From assembly GCA_964510165.1 (NCBI GenBank), contig CAZEBC010000024.1, positions 1 to 32,806 on the forward strand: DNA of 32,806 nt. Direction: 5' to 3'. Each line of letters opens with the position of its first letter. Within the stretch, counting starts at the first letter, position 1. The translations under genes were made by a program, and so were the position numbers. Positions 1-8,317 of the stretch are shown here, one piece after another. The notes beneath the pieces were generated by a model. It was not told where the DNA came from. It saw only the letters and a list, made by a program, of their open reading frames with translations, and searched no databases. The stretch comes from an uncultured bacterium (GTDB taxonomy: Bacteria > Abyssobacteria > SURF-5).

Positions 1-564
<564 letters not shown>

Positions 565-597
565 GAGAGATCGACTATCGCAGGTTCCCGGGTGAAA

Positions 598-623
598 GTG
601 GGGCGCACGGCGTGCGCCCCTAC
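598..623 (-). repeat. GTAG-type REP-like palindrome inside a longer hairpin (575-641)
   Basis: The minus strand reads GTAGGGGCGCAC-GCC-GTGCGCCCCAC. Flanking arms ctatcg/cgatag and ttcccg/cgggaa extend the stem. Confidence 0.6.
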
Positions 624-682
624 ACACGGGAAGTCCGATAGGGGGCGAGAACCGCCCGCAATGTGCTATAAGGGTGAGTGAA

Positions 683-730
683 TCCTGCCTCCGCCTACGC
701 CGACAAGGGTGGGGGCAGGACTCCTTGTTT
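683..730 (+). terminator. Possible intrinsic terminator downstream of groEL
   Basis: Stem tcctgcctccgcc/ggtgggggcagga (683-695/708-720, with G-U pairs on the + strand), followed by ctccttgtttgt, a weak U tract. Confidence 0.4.
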
Positions 731-746
731 GTGAAGCTGTGACGTG

Positions 747-790
747 ATTTAATCGGGGACACGATGAAGCATCATGTCCCCGAATTAAAT
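747..790. repeat. Long palindrome (ggggaca...tgtcccc type) just upstream of the ABC ATPase gene
   Basis: atttaatcggggacacgatg-aag-catcatgtccccgaattaaat forms a ~20-bp stem with one mismatch and one bulge. Confidence 0.6.
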
Positions 791-810
791 GAGAGCGGGA
801 GAGCCGGAAA

Positions 811-1749
811 ATGATCGAAGTCAGCAACCTCACGAAGTATTACGGACAGATGCCGGCAATCAACGACGTATCGTTTTCAGTCGAGCGCGGTGAGATACTC
901 GGGTTCCTTGGCCCCAATGGAGCGGGCAAGACGACCACCATGCGGATACTCACCTGTTTCATTCCGGCGACGAGCGGAAGCGCAAGAGTTGCAGGCTACG
1001 ACGTGTTTACCCAGTCGTTGGAGGTCAGAAGAAGGATAGGTTATCTTCCGGAACGAGTGCCGCTGTACCGCGACATGACCGTTGACTACTATCTGGATTT
1101 CGTCGCCCGGCTCAAGGGGGTTCCGGCCGGTGACCGAAAGGCGAAGATCGAGCAGGTGAAGGAGAGTTGCGGCATTTCGGAGGTTTCTGACAGGCTCATC
1201 GGCAAGCTGTCGCGCGGGTTCACGCAACGGGTGGGCATAGCGCAGGCTCTGTTGAATGACCCTGAGGTGCTGATACTCGACGAGCCGACGGTCGGCCTCG
1301 ACCCGAAACAGATAATCGAGATCAGGAACCTGATCAAGAGCCTCGCGGGCAAACGAACGATTATCCTGAGCACGCACATTCTGCCTGAGGTGAGCATGAT
1401 CTGCGATAGCGTGGCGATAATAAACGAGGGCCGTATCGTTACCAAGGACTCGCTCGCCCGCCTCGAGACGGGTGAACAGATGAAGCTGACCGTGACCGCG
1501 CGGGGGCCGGCCGACCAGGTGCAGTCGGCTCTGAGCGGGATCGAGGGCGTCGAGCGCGTTCGTCAGGCGTTGAGAACGGACGACACCGCGACATTCGAGA
1601 TTGAGTACGGGCGCGAGTCCGATCCGAGGACCCGGGTGGCCGCGCTGCTTGTGGAGCGCGGCTGGGGTCTGCTGGAGCTTCGGGCCGAGCGGACGAGTCT
1701 GGAGGAAATATTCATAAAGGCCACCGCCAGGGAAGCCGAGGTGGAGTGA
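811..1749 (+). CDS. ABC transporter ATP-binding protein (GldA-like, ABC-2 type)
   Basis: Walker A GPNGAGKT, signature LSRGFTQR, Walker B ILDEPT and H-loop STH. An RBS-like gggagag lies upstream. Confidence 0.95.
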   Translation: MIEVSNLTKYYGQMPAINDVSFSVERGEILGFLGPNGAGKTTTMRILTCFIPATSGSARVAGYDVFTQSLEVRRRIGYLPERVPLYRDMTVDYYLDFVARLKGVPAGDRKAKIEQVKESCGISEVSDRLIGKLSRGFTQRVGIAQALLNDPEVLILDEPTVGLDPKQIIEIRNLIKSLAGKRTIILSTHILPEVSMICDSVAIINEGRIVTKDSLARLETGEQMKLTVTARGPADQVQSALSGIEGVERVRQALRTDDTATFEIEYGRESDPRTRVAALLVERGWGLLELRAERTSLEEIFIKATAREAEVE

Positions 1750-2531
1750 TGAGGAACATCTGGACGTTGACCCGCAAGGAGCTTCATTCGTATTTCCAGT
1801 CGCCGATGGCGTACGTTGTGACCGCCGTGTTCCTGCTGATCTCGGGATTCATATTCTTCCTGAATTTCATGGCGTTTTACAACGCCTCGATGGAGATATC
1901 GCGGAACCCGTATCTGATGGAACACTACAAGCTGAATGTGACGGAGCACGTTCTGGAGCCGATGGTGTTCACGCTGAATTTCCTCTCCCTGTTGATGATC
2001 CCGATGCTGACGATGCGGGCGCTGGCGGAGGAAAAGAAGACGGGTACGGTCGAGATGCTGCTCACGTATCCTGTGCGCGACATCGAGGTGGCGCTCTCGA
2101 AATTTCTGGCGTGTTTCGTTGTGTATGTCTGCATGATCGCGCTTACCCTGCCGTATCCGTTGCTGACGTCCAAATTCGCCGACATCGAGATTGCCAGTGT
2201 GGCGACGGGCTATGCCGGTCTGTTGTTGAGCGGAGCGGCGTTCGTAGCGCTGGGCATTTTTATCTCCTCAATGACGGAGAACCAGATAGTTGCGGTGGCC
2301 GTGAGCTACGGATTCTTCCTCATGTTCTGGCTTCTGGGGGCGTCGGAAGCGCGGATTCCCGAGCCGTATGACGCCATCCTCACCGATCTCTCGCTTTTCA
2401 AGCATATCGAGGATTTCGGACGCGGCGTGCTGGACACGCATGACCTCGTATATTACCTGAACTTCTCCGCGCTGTTTATGTTCTTGACGCTCAGGTCGCT
2501 CGAGGTCATCAAGTGGAAAGGAAAGGCGTGA
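1749..2531 (+). CDS. ABC-2 type permease (GldF-like)
   Basis: KEL..YF.SP.AY start, MRALAEEKKTGTVEMLLTYPV, ISSMTENQIVA and F.RG.LD..D..YY, with about 6 TM segments. TGATG coupling to the ATPase gene. Confidence 0.92.
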   Translation: MRNIWTLTRKELHSYFQSPMAYVVTAVFLLISGFIFFLNFMAFYNASMEISRNPYLMEHYKLNVTEHVLEPMVFTLNFLSLLMIPMLTMRALAEEKKTGTVEMLLTYPVRDIEVALSKFLACFVVYVCMIALTLPYPLLTSKFADIEIASVATGYAGLLLSGAAFVALGIFISSMTENQIVAVAVSYGFFLMFWLLGASEARIPEPYDAILTDLSLFKHIEDFGRGVLDTHDLVYYLNFSALFMFLTLRSLEVIKWKGKA

Positions 2532-2533
2532 AG

Positions 2534-3922
2534 ATGAGTCCGCGATTCAGGTCATCGACACGGTACGGCATAAACACTGCGATAGCGGTTGCGCTCGCGT
2601 TCGGCATCGTGGCGCTGATCGAAGCATTTTCCTATCGCCACGCCTGGCGCAAGGACTTCACGGAGACCGCTCGCCATAGCCTGTCGGAACAGACGGTCAA
2701 TCTGTTGAAAGAACTGGAGCAGCCGGTCAAGGTGACGGCGTTCATCCGAAAGGCCAGCCCGGCGTACGAGCAAGCCAGGGATTTGTTCGAGCTATACGAA
2801 TTTCAGTCAAATAAGATGGAAATCGAGATCATAGACCCGGACCTCAACCCGGTGCGCGCGCGCGAGGCGGACATCGGACGGTACGGGCCGATGGCGGCGA
2901 TTTTCGAGGGCGCCAAGGGCAGAGAGACGATCACCGAATTCACCGAGGAGCGCATAACAAACGCACTTATCAAGGTGACCCGCGGCGAGAAAAAGGTTGT
3001 CTGCTTCCTGACGGGCCACGGTGAACATGCGCTTGATAACCGGGACGACGCCGGACTCAACCTGGCGCGCGAGCTTCTGGAGAACAAGAATTATGAGCCG
3101 CGCGAGCTCATGCTGATACGCGAGGAAAAGGTGCCGGCCGACTGCGCCATGGTGGTTGTGGCCGGGCCGAAGACGGACCTGACTGAGCCGGAACTTTCGG
3201 CGCTCGATAGCTACATAAAGGAAGGCGGCAGAGTTCTGCTGCTGATCGACCCCGAAACCGCGCCCTCGTTGAAACCTTTCCTGGCGAAATACGGCATTGT
3301 CCTGGGGGACGATTATGTGGTGGACAGGCTGAGCCGGCTTTTCGGGGCTGATTATCTCGTGCCCGTGCCCACAACGTATTCCGACCACGCGATAACACGG
3401 AATTTCAACATCATCACCTTCTTCCCCGGCGCGCGCTCCGTTTCGACCGGAAAGGGAGAGGCAGGAGTGCGCACGAACTGGCTCGCGAAGACGGGAGAGG
3501 GCAGTTGGGCGGAAACTGACCTGGCGAGATTGACGCAGGACGGAGAGGTGTCGTTAAATCCCCAGGAGGACACGCCCGGGCCCATCACGCTCGGCGTCGT
3601 GTCGGAGATAGACGCCGCTGAGGCCGCCGGAAAAGACGAAAAAGCCAACATGGCTGCCCTTGTGGTGTACGGCGATTCCGATTTTGCAACCAACGCCCGG
3701 ATCAATCTTTCGGGAAACGCCGATCTGTTCATGAATACCGTCAACTGGCTGGCCAGGGAGGAGGCGCTCGTCGCCATCGCCCCGAAAGAGAGCAAGTTCA
3801 CGCCCGTGGTCATGACCGTCGCCGAGGGCCGGCTCCTGTTTCTCGTGTCGGTGGTGGCGCTGCCGGGCATCGCGTTACTGGCCGCAGTCGGCGCATACGT
3901 GAGGAGGAGCAGGCATCCGTGA
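2534..3922 (+). CDS. GldG-like ABC transporter auxiliary component
   Basis: N-terminal TM, D.T....HSLSEQT, FLTGHGE, VVAGPKTDL, YGDSDF, GNADLFMNTVNWL and a C-terminal TM. ATG at 2534 preferred over the track's GTG at 2513. Confidence 0.9.
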   Translation: MSPRFRSSTRYGINTAIAVALAFGIVALIEAFSYRHAWRKDFTETARHSLSEQTVNLLKELEQPVKVTAFIRKASPAYEQARDLFELYEFQSNKMEIEIIDPDLNPVRAREADIGRYGPMAAIFEGAKGRETITEFTEERITNALIKVTRGEKKVVCFLTGHGEHALDNRDDAGLNLARELLENKNYEPRELMLIREEKVPADCAMVVVAGPKTDLTEPELSALDSYIKEGGRVLLLIDPETAPSLKPFLAKYGIVLGDDYVVDRLSRLFGADYLVPVPTTYSDHAITRNFNIITFFPGARSVSTGKGEAGVRTNWLAKTGEGSWAETDLARLTQDGEVSLNPQEDTPGPITLGVVSEIDAAEAAGKDEKANMAALVVYGDSDFATNARINLSGNADLFMNTVNWLAREEALVAIAPKESKFTPVVMTVAEGRLLFLVSVVALPGIALLAAVGAYVRRSRHP

Positions 3923-5661
3923 GTTACAAACGCACCTTGGTTTTCCTTGCCGTTTTCGTGGTTCTGGCTGCCGCCTATTACGTGTACGAATATAGAGGCG
4001 CCGAAACACGGAAAGAGGCCGAAGAGAAGGAAAGGCTCGTACTCTCGTTTGAGCCCGACCGGGTCACGGAGCTGACTCTCAAGAGACCCGGCGAGAGAAT
4101 CGTGATTCGAAAGGAGCACGATGCCTGGACCGTCATCGAGCCGGTGAGCGGACCCGCTGACAAGAACATCATCGAGCAGGTGCTTGACACGATATCGAAT
4201 CTCAGGTACGAACGCGATCTCGGAAGCCAGTCCGACCTTGGGCCTTTTGGATTGAGCGAGCCGACGGTTTCGGTCGGGGTGAGTTCCGACAAGGGAACAA
4301 TCGGGGAAATCCTGACGGGCGATTCCACCGCGGACGGGGCCAACCTGTACGTGAAGAGGTCCGGCGACGACATGGTTTTCACTGTCTCGCAATCGGTTAA
4401 AGGGAAGCTCGACCGCACGCTGTTCGACCTGCGCGACAAGACGGTGCTGGATTTTTCGATTCCCGATATCAACGAGATGAGGATTTATCGCAACGACCGC
4501 GCGTTTGCCTTCAAGAAGACGCCTGAGGGCGACTGGAGCATGGCATCTCCCGAAGAGCGCCGCGCCGACACCGGCGCGATAACTTCCGTGCTCGACGCCG
4601 TCAGGTACGGACGCATCAAGAGATTCGTGGAGGAAGAGGCGGAGGATTTGAAACAGTACGGCCTGGAAGAGCCGCAGGCGAGGATTGAACTGGTCATGAA
4701 TGATCAAACCAGGTCGCTCTCGTTCGGCGAAACGAGCCGGGATGCGAAGCTCGTGTATGCGCAAAGGGACAACAAGAGGCAGGTTGTCGAACTCGACGCG
4801 GAAATCATGAACAAGCTTTCCGGCGATGTGTCTCATTGGCGGGACAAGCGCCTTGCGAAGTTCAGGATGGCGGAGGCGCAGAAACTCGCAATTGATGCGC
4901 CCGCGGGCAAGGTGATGCTCGAGCGAGTGGAGGGCGAGCCGGGCGAGTGGAAGCTGACCGAGCCGGAGGCAGCCGCAGCGGATGACGACCGTGTCCAAAG
5001 CCTGCTCTCCGAACTGGCGATGGCGAGGATAACGCGCTTCCTTACGGCGGACGAAGCGAAGAAGGCGGGACCTGCGTTCGAGAAGCAGACCGTGCAAGTG
5101 AGCGTCTGGGAAAAGGACACCGAGGCGCCTGAGGTAATCATTCTTGCCGAGGCCGAGGGCGAGCCGACGGCATACGCGAGAATCGCGGAAACGGGCGAAA
5201 TAGTTTCGGTTGCTCAAGACTTGCCGGCCAAACTGGTCGCGACGCCGCAGGATTTGAAGGACCGCTCAGTTCTCAGGTTCACGCCGGCCGACGTGGAAAA
5301 GATCGAGGTCGCAAAGGGAGATGAGAAGCCGGCCGAAATCGTCCGGAAAGACATTGAATGGAAAGTACCACGCGGCCTTAAGGCGGAGCCGTATGAGATC
5401 GACCAGTTGCTTTGGGATTTGGCGGACTTGAAGTATTTGAGCGTCGAAACAAAGCAAGAAGCGAAGGAGTACGGCTTCGAGTCACCGGTCTTAACAATCA
5501 AGCTCTGGCAGGCGAAGGCGAAGACGCCGGTCTTGTTGGTAGTTGGCAAGAAGACGGAAACAGGCGCGCACTACGTTCGGGCGAATGAAGACGCGACCGT
5601 GATGGAAGCGGACGGGGCGCTCATTGAGAAGTGGGTTGGAATGATGAAGGGCGACGACTGA
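3919..5661 (+). CDS. DUF4340-type membrane-anchored protein with ~4 tandem repeat units
   Basis: N-terminal TM anchor. Recurring motifs LRDKTVLDF/WRDKRLAKF/LKDRSVLRF and FGLSEP/YGLEEP/YGFESP. GTGA overlap with the GldG-like gene, the usual position for this family. Confidence 0.85.
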   Translation: MSYKRTLVFLAVFVVLAAAYYVYEYRGAETRKEAEEKERLVLSFEPDRVTELTLKRPGERIVIRKEHDAWTVIEPVSGPADKNIIEQVLDTISNLRYERDLGSQSDLGPFGLSEPTVSVGVSSDKGTIGEILTGDSTADGANLYVKRSGDDMVFTVSQSVKGKLDRTLFDLRDKTVLDFSIPDINEMRIYRNDRAFAFKKTPEGDWSMASPEERRADTGAITSVLDAVRYGRIKRFVEEEAEDLKQYGLEEPQARIELVMNDQTRSLSFGETSRDAKLVYAQRDNKRQVVELDAEIMNKLSGDVSHWRDKRLAKFRMAEAQKLAIDAPAGKVMLERVEGEPGEWKLTEPEAAAADDDRVQSLLSELAMARITRFLTADEAKKAGPAFEKQTVQVSVWEKDTEAPEVIILAEAEGEPTAYARIAETGEIVSVAQDLPAKLVATPQDLKDRSVLRFTPADVEKIEVAKGDEKPAEIVRKDIEWKVPRGLKAEPYEIDQLLWDLADLKYLSVETKQEAKEYGFESPVLTIKLWQAKAKTPVLLVVGKKTETGAHYVRANEDATVMEADGALIEKWVGMMKGDD

Positions 5662-6199
5662 ATTGCCAGTCTTGCCCGGCCGCCGCTTCGGGGTTCGTGA
5701 GTATATAGTCGTAAAAGATGCGCATCCGCGAGTCGATAATCTGGAATGTGGTGTGATACAACCCGGCCAGTTCGCTGAGATAACGAAAATCCATCTGCTT
5801 GCCCGCCGCCCTCCTGCGGTTGAAGATATCAGTCAGGTCCTGGGTAGGGATGATGCATAAATGCGCAAATACTCGGGTCTGGTACTCCATTTCGCCCAGT
5901 TCCCACTTATCCCGGGTCGCGGTGAAGAAGTGATTGGTCTTGTTGTGCAGGAAGAAATGCCCGAGTTCGCAGAAGGCCACGAAGGTTCTTTCCTTTTCGG
6001 GAATCCTGGTATTGATACAGATATAGGGGTTTTCGTGGTACCAGGTGAAGATGCCCTTGAGTTCGCTGAGCAGCGGTTTTTCCCTCAAGTAGACATGATG
6101 GCTCTTGCAGATTCTCTTGAAATCGCCGTATCCGAGCGGTCTCCTGTTGAAGCCGAAATCGCTTTCCTTCTCCAGTTTCTCCAGAGTCTCATGGAACAT
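5621..6199 (-). CDS. ImmA/IrrE-family (Peptidase M78-like) metallopeptidase with variant CExxH motif
   Basis: I.IN.....ERTFVAFCELGHFFLH...EMEYQTRVFAHLCIIP...ELAGLYHTT...R follows the ImmA/IrrE pattern (R.RFT.AHELGH..LH...E.EA..FA..LLMP plus a C-terminal HTH-like part). RBS gagga upstream. Directly follows an XRE gene. Confidence 0.8.
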   Translation of the reverse strand: MFHETLEKLEKESDFGFNRRPLGYGDFKRICKSHHVYLREKPLLSELKGIFTWYHENPYICINTRIPEKERTFVAFCELGHFFLHNKTNHFFTATRDKWELGEMEYQTRVFAHLCIIPTQDLTDIFNRRRAAGKQMDFRYLSELAGLYHTTFQIIDSRMRIFYDYILTNPEAAAGQDWQFSRRPSSFQPTSQ

Positions 6200-6219
6200 A
6201 GGGCTTCCTCTCGGTCTCG

Positions 6220-6624
6220 TTAATCACTCAGCGACCCGTCCGGCGTTCTTCTCTCCGCGTCTATGGACTTGACTTCTCTGTAAAACTCCGCCAATTCTTT
6301 TTTTGCAAGGACCGACAGCGCGCCAAGCTCGTCTCGTTCAAACATCGGTGCGAATGCGGGGTCGCGCAGAATCGCCAGTTCGCGGCCGGAAGGTTTGATG
6401 CCTTTTGCCAGGTAAGACCTGCCTTCGCCGTCAATGTCGTCGAAAGCCGACAAGCTCATCTTTAGTTCGCGCGCGATCTTGTGAAGCAGGAGGAATCGAG
6501 GCACCTTCAAGTCGTTCTCGATGTTGCTGAGGAAACTCTGGCTGACCCCGATTCGTTCGGCCAACTCATTTGCTCTCATGCCGATTTCCAGTCGCCTTTT
6601 CCGAATAATCTTCCCGATAGACAT
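6220..6624 (-). CDS. XRE-family (Cro/C1-type HTH) transcriptional regulator
   Basis: IGKIIRKRRLEIGMRANELAERIGVSQSFLSNIENDLKVP...KIARELKMSL is a classic HTH_3 pattern. G-rich RBS at 6629-6635. Confidence 0.93.
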   Translation of the reverse strand: MSIGKIIRKRRLEIGMRANELAERIGVSQSFLSNIENDLKVPRFLLLHKIARELKMSLSAFDDIDGEGRSYLAKGIKPSGRELAILRDPAFAPMFERDELGALSVLAKKELAEFYREVKSIDAERRTPDGSLSD

Positions 6625-6639
6625 ATAACCCCCCCTTTT

Positions 6640-6746
6640 GGAGACTACCTAATAGCTCAGGGCTTCTCGTTGCAGGGGCGTGAGCAGCAAGCGCAACGAT
6701 TCTCGCGGCCAAGAACGACCGGCGGCCGTGATTACGGGTAGTCCCC
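6640..6746 (-). ncRNA. Candidate structured leader RNA or small ncRNA upstream of the XRE gene
   Basis: A 10-bp closing stem GGGGACUACC/GGUAGUCUCC encloses two hairpins (cggcc/ggccg; ucguugc/gcaacga). It lies between a TGnTATAAT promoter and the RBS. No known family recognised. Confidence 0.45.
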
Positions 6747-6747
6747 T

Positions 6748-6788
6748 TAATGCGCATTATACCATATTTTGGGAAAAATCAACAACAA
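6748..6788 (-). promoter_or_regulatory. Extended -10 sigma70 promoter with an overlapping 12-bp palindromic operator
   Basis: The minus strand reads ttgttgatttttcccaaaatatGgTATAAT, i.e. TG-G-TATAAT with the -10 at 6756-6761. The perfect palindrome TAATGCGCATTA at 6748-6759 overlaps the -10 and the predicted start site. Confidence 0.7.
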
Positions 6789-6866
6789 CATCTTATAGGG
6801 TTCAATTTTCGATGAAAGGCCGGCCCTTCTTGTGCCCGCTTAACTATAATGATGCCAAAGGATTAA

Positions 6867-6889
6867 GGGCGCACATCGGGTGTGCGCCC
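6867..6889. repeat. REP-like/terminator hairpin downstream of degP
   Basis: gggcgcaca-tcggg-tgtgcgccc is a 9-bp perfect stem with the same GGGCGCAC...GTGCGCCC core as 598-623. It lies 21 nt past the degP stop. Confidence 0.6.
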
Positions 6890-6910
6890 CAACTGCATTC
6901 CTTCAATCAT

Positions 6911-8317
6911 TTATTTCGCCGCCGAAGGAATTTTAACTGCCTTGTAGAACGTCTGTTCGTTTCTCTTGATGTAGAAGCTGATCCACTCGCCGGGCGAAAG
7001 CTCACTTACGACTTTCTTGAAATCTTCCGGGGAGTTAATCTCTTCCATGTTGAGTTCAAGAATGATGTCGCCCTCGATAAGCCCGCCTTTGTCGGCGGCG
7101 CCGCCCGGCTCGAGTGTACTGACGAGGACTCCCTTTTCTCCTTCGACGCTCTGGACTTCGATGCCAAGCAGGTTTTTCTCCTCCTTGGGTTGCTGCGCGG
7201 CGATCATTTGTTCGCGGAACTGCGTCAACTCGATCTCGAATTCTTTCTTCTCGCCTCGCCTGAGCACAAGCAAGTCCACCTTGTCACCGGGCTTCTTATG
7301 GGAGACAATGTTCTGGAGCATCTTCGAGTCTTCGATTTCCATGTCATCGAGTTTGCGGACAACGTCACCGTGGCGGAGGCCTGCCTTGTGGGCGGGGCTG
7401 TCCGGTATGACCTCCATGACGAGGGCGCCCTTGAGGTCGGGCGCTTTTAAGGCGGCCGCGAGGCCCTCATTGAGGTCGCCTATTTGTACGCCCAGGAAAC
7501 CACGGATCACCTCGCCGTGTTTGAGAATCTGCTCGTAGACCTCCCGCGCCATGTTGACGGGGATCGCGAATCCGATTCCGCTCCCGGCGCTCTGAATGAA
7601 TGTGTTGATGCCGATCACCTCACCGTTCACATTGAGCAAGGGTCCGCCGGAATTGCCGGGGTTTATGGAGGCGTCGGTCTGAATGAAGTCCTGATAGCGC
7701 ACGTCCCTGAGCGGTCCCAGGAAGCCCGAGCGGCCCACGCCGCTGATGACTCCGACGGTAACAGTCTTCTCGAAGCCGAAGGGGTCGCCGATGGCGATGG
7801 CCCACTGGCCGACCTTGAGCGTCGAGGAGTCACCAAGGGTTGCGGCGGCAAGCGGCCCGTCCGGCTCTATCTTGATGACTGCGAGGTCCGTGGCCGGATC
7901 GCGCCCCACGACGCGCCCCTCATACGTCTTGCCCCTGGTTCCGTTGGAATCGCTGATCTTCACGCTTATGTTGCCGGAGTTCTCGACGAGATGGTTATTG
8001 GTGAGGATGTAGCCATCCTTGCTCATGATCAGGCCGGAGCCCGCGGCCAAGGCCTTGAATTCGTCAGGGTCGACATGGGGGAACGGGAAGATTTTATGGA
8101 ATTCGTCCTCGTCCATTTTCTCCTTGAGCCCTTTGAGGGGCATTCTTTCCGTGGTCAGATGGACGACGGAGGGAATCGCGCGCTCGGCTATTGTGACGAA
8201 CGCCTTCTCGATCTCCTGCAGCGGCGCCTTGTCCACCGGCGCCCCCTGGACAGGGGTCGCGAGTATCAGGGCCGTCAGAATGAACGAGAGATAGACTACT
8301 GGTTTTCCGTGCTTCAT
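6911..8317 (-). CDS. degP: Do/DegQ (HtrA) family periplasmic serine protease with two PDZ domains
   Basis: Signal peptide, GSGLI, catalytic triad motifs TNNHLV, DLAVIK and TDASINPGNSGG, and PDZ motifs RGFLGV and LLGIEV. Confidence 0.95.
   Translation of the reverse strand: MKHGKPVVYLSFILTALILATPVQGAPVDKAPLQEIEKAFVTIAERAIPSVVHLTTERMPLKGLKEKMDEDEFHKIFPFPHVDPDEFKALAAGSGLIMSKDGYILTNNHLVENSGNISVKISDSNGTRGKTYEGRVVGRDPATDLAVIKIEPDGPLAAATLGDSSTLKVGQWAIAIGDPFGFEKTVTVGVISGVGRSGFLGPLRDVRYQDFIQTDASINPGNSGGPLLNVNGEVIGINTFIQSAGSGIGFAIPVNMAREVYEQILKHGEVIRGFLGVQIGDLNEGLAAALKAPDLKGALVMEVIPDSPAHKAGLRHGDVVRKLDDMEIEDSKMLQNIVSHKKPGDKVDLLVLRRGEKKEFEIELTQFREQMIAAQQPKEEKNLLGIEVQSVEGEKGVLVSTLEPGGAADKGGLIEGDIILELNMEEINSPEDFKKVVSELSPGEWISFYIKRNEQTFYKAVKIPSAAK

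Noticed and set aside
3352-5217. 621-aa minus-strand ORF
   Set aside because: Antisense shadow of the GldG-like and DUF4340 genes with no recognisable motifs. Such ORFs are expected at high GC.
5621-6624. Prophage or ICE
   Set aside because: No integrase, att repeats, or structural or conjugation genes in the window.
6629-6635. G7 tract as a phase-variation site in the XRE RBS
   Set aside because: Short, and adequately explained as a G-rich Shine-Dalgarno sequence.
6640-6746. Calling the leader a tRNA, tmRNA, SRP or 6S RNA
   Set aside because: No T-arm (GTTCGA), anticodon arm or SRP GGAA-loop motif, and it is too short for 6S or tmRNA. Kept only as an unnamed candidate.
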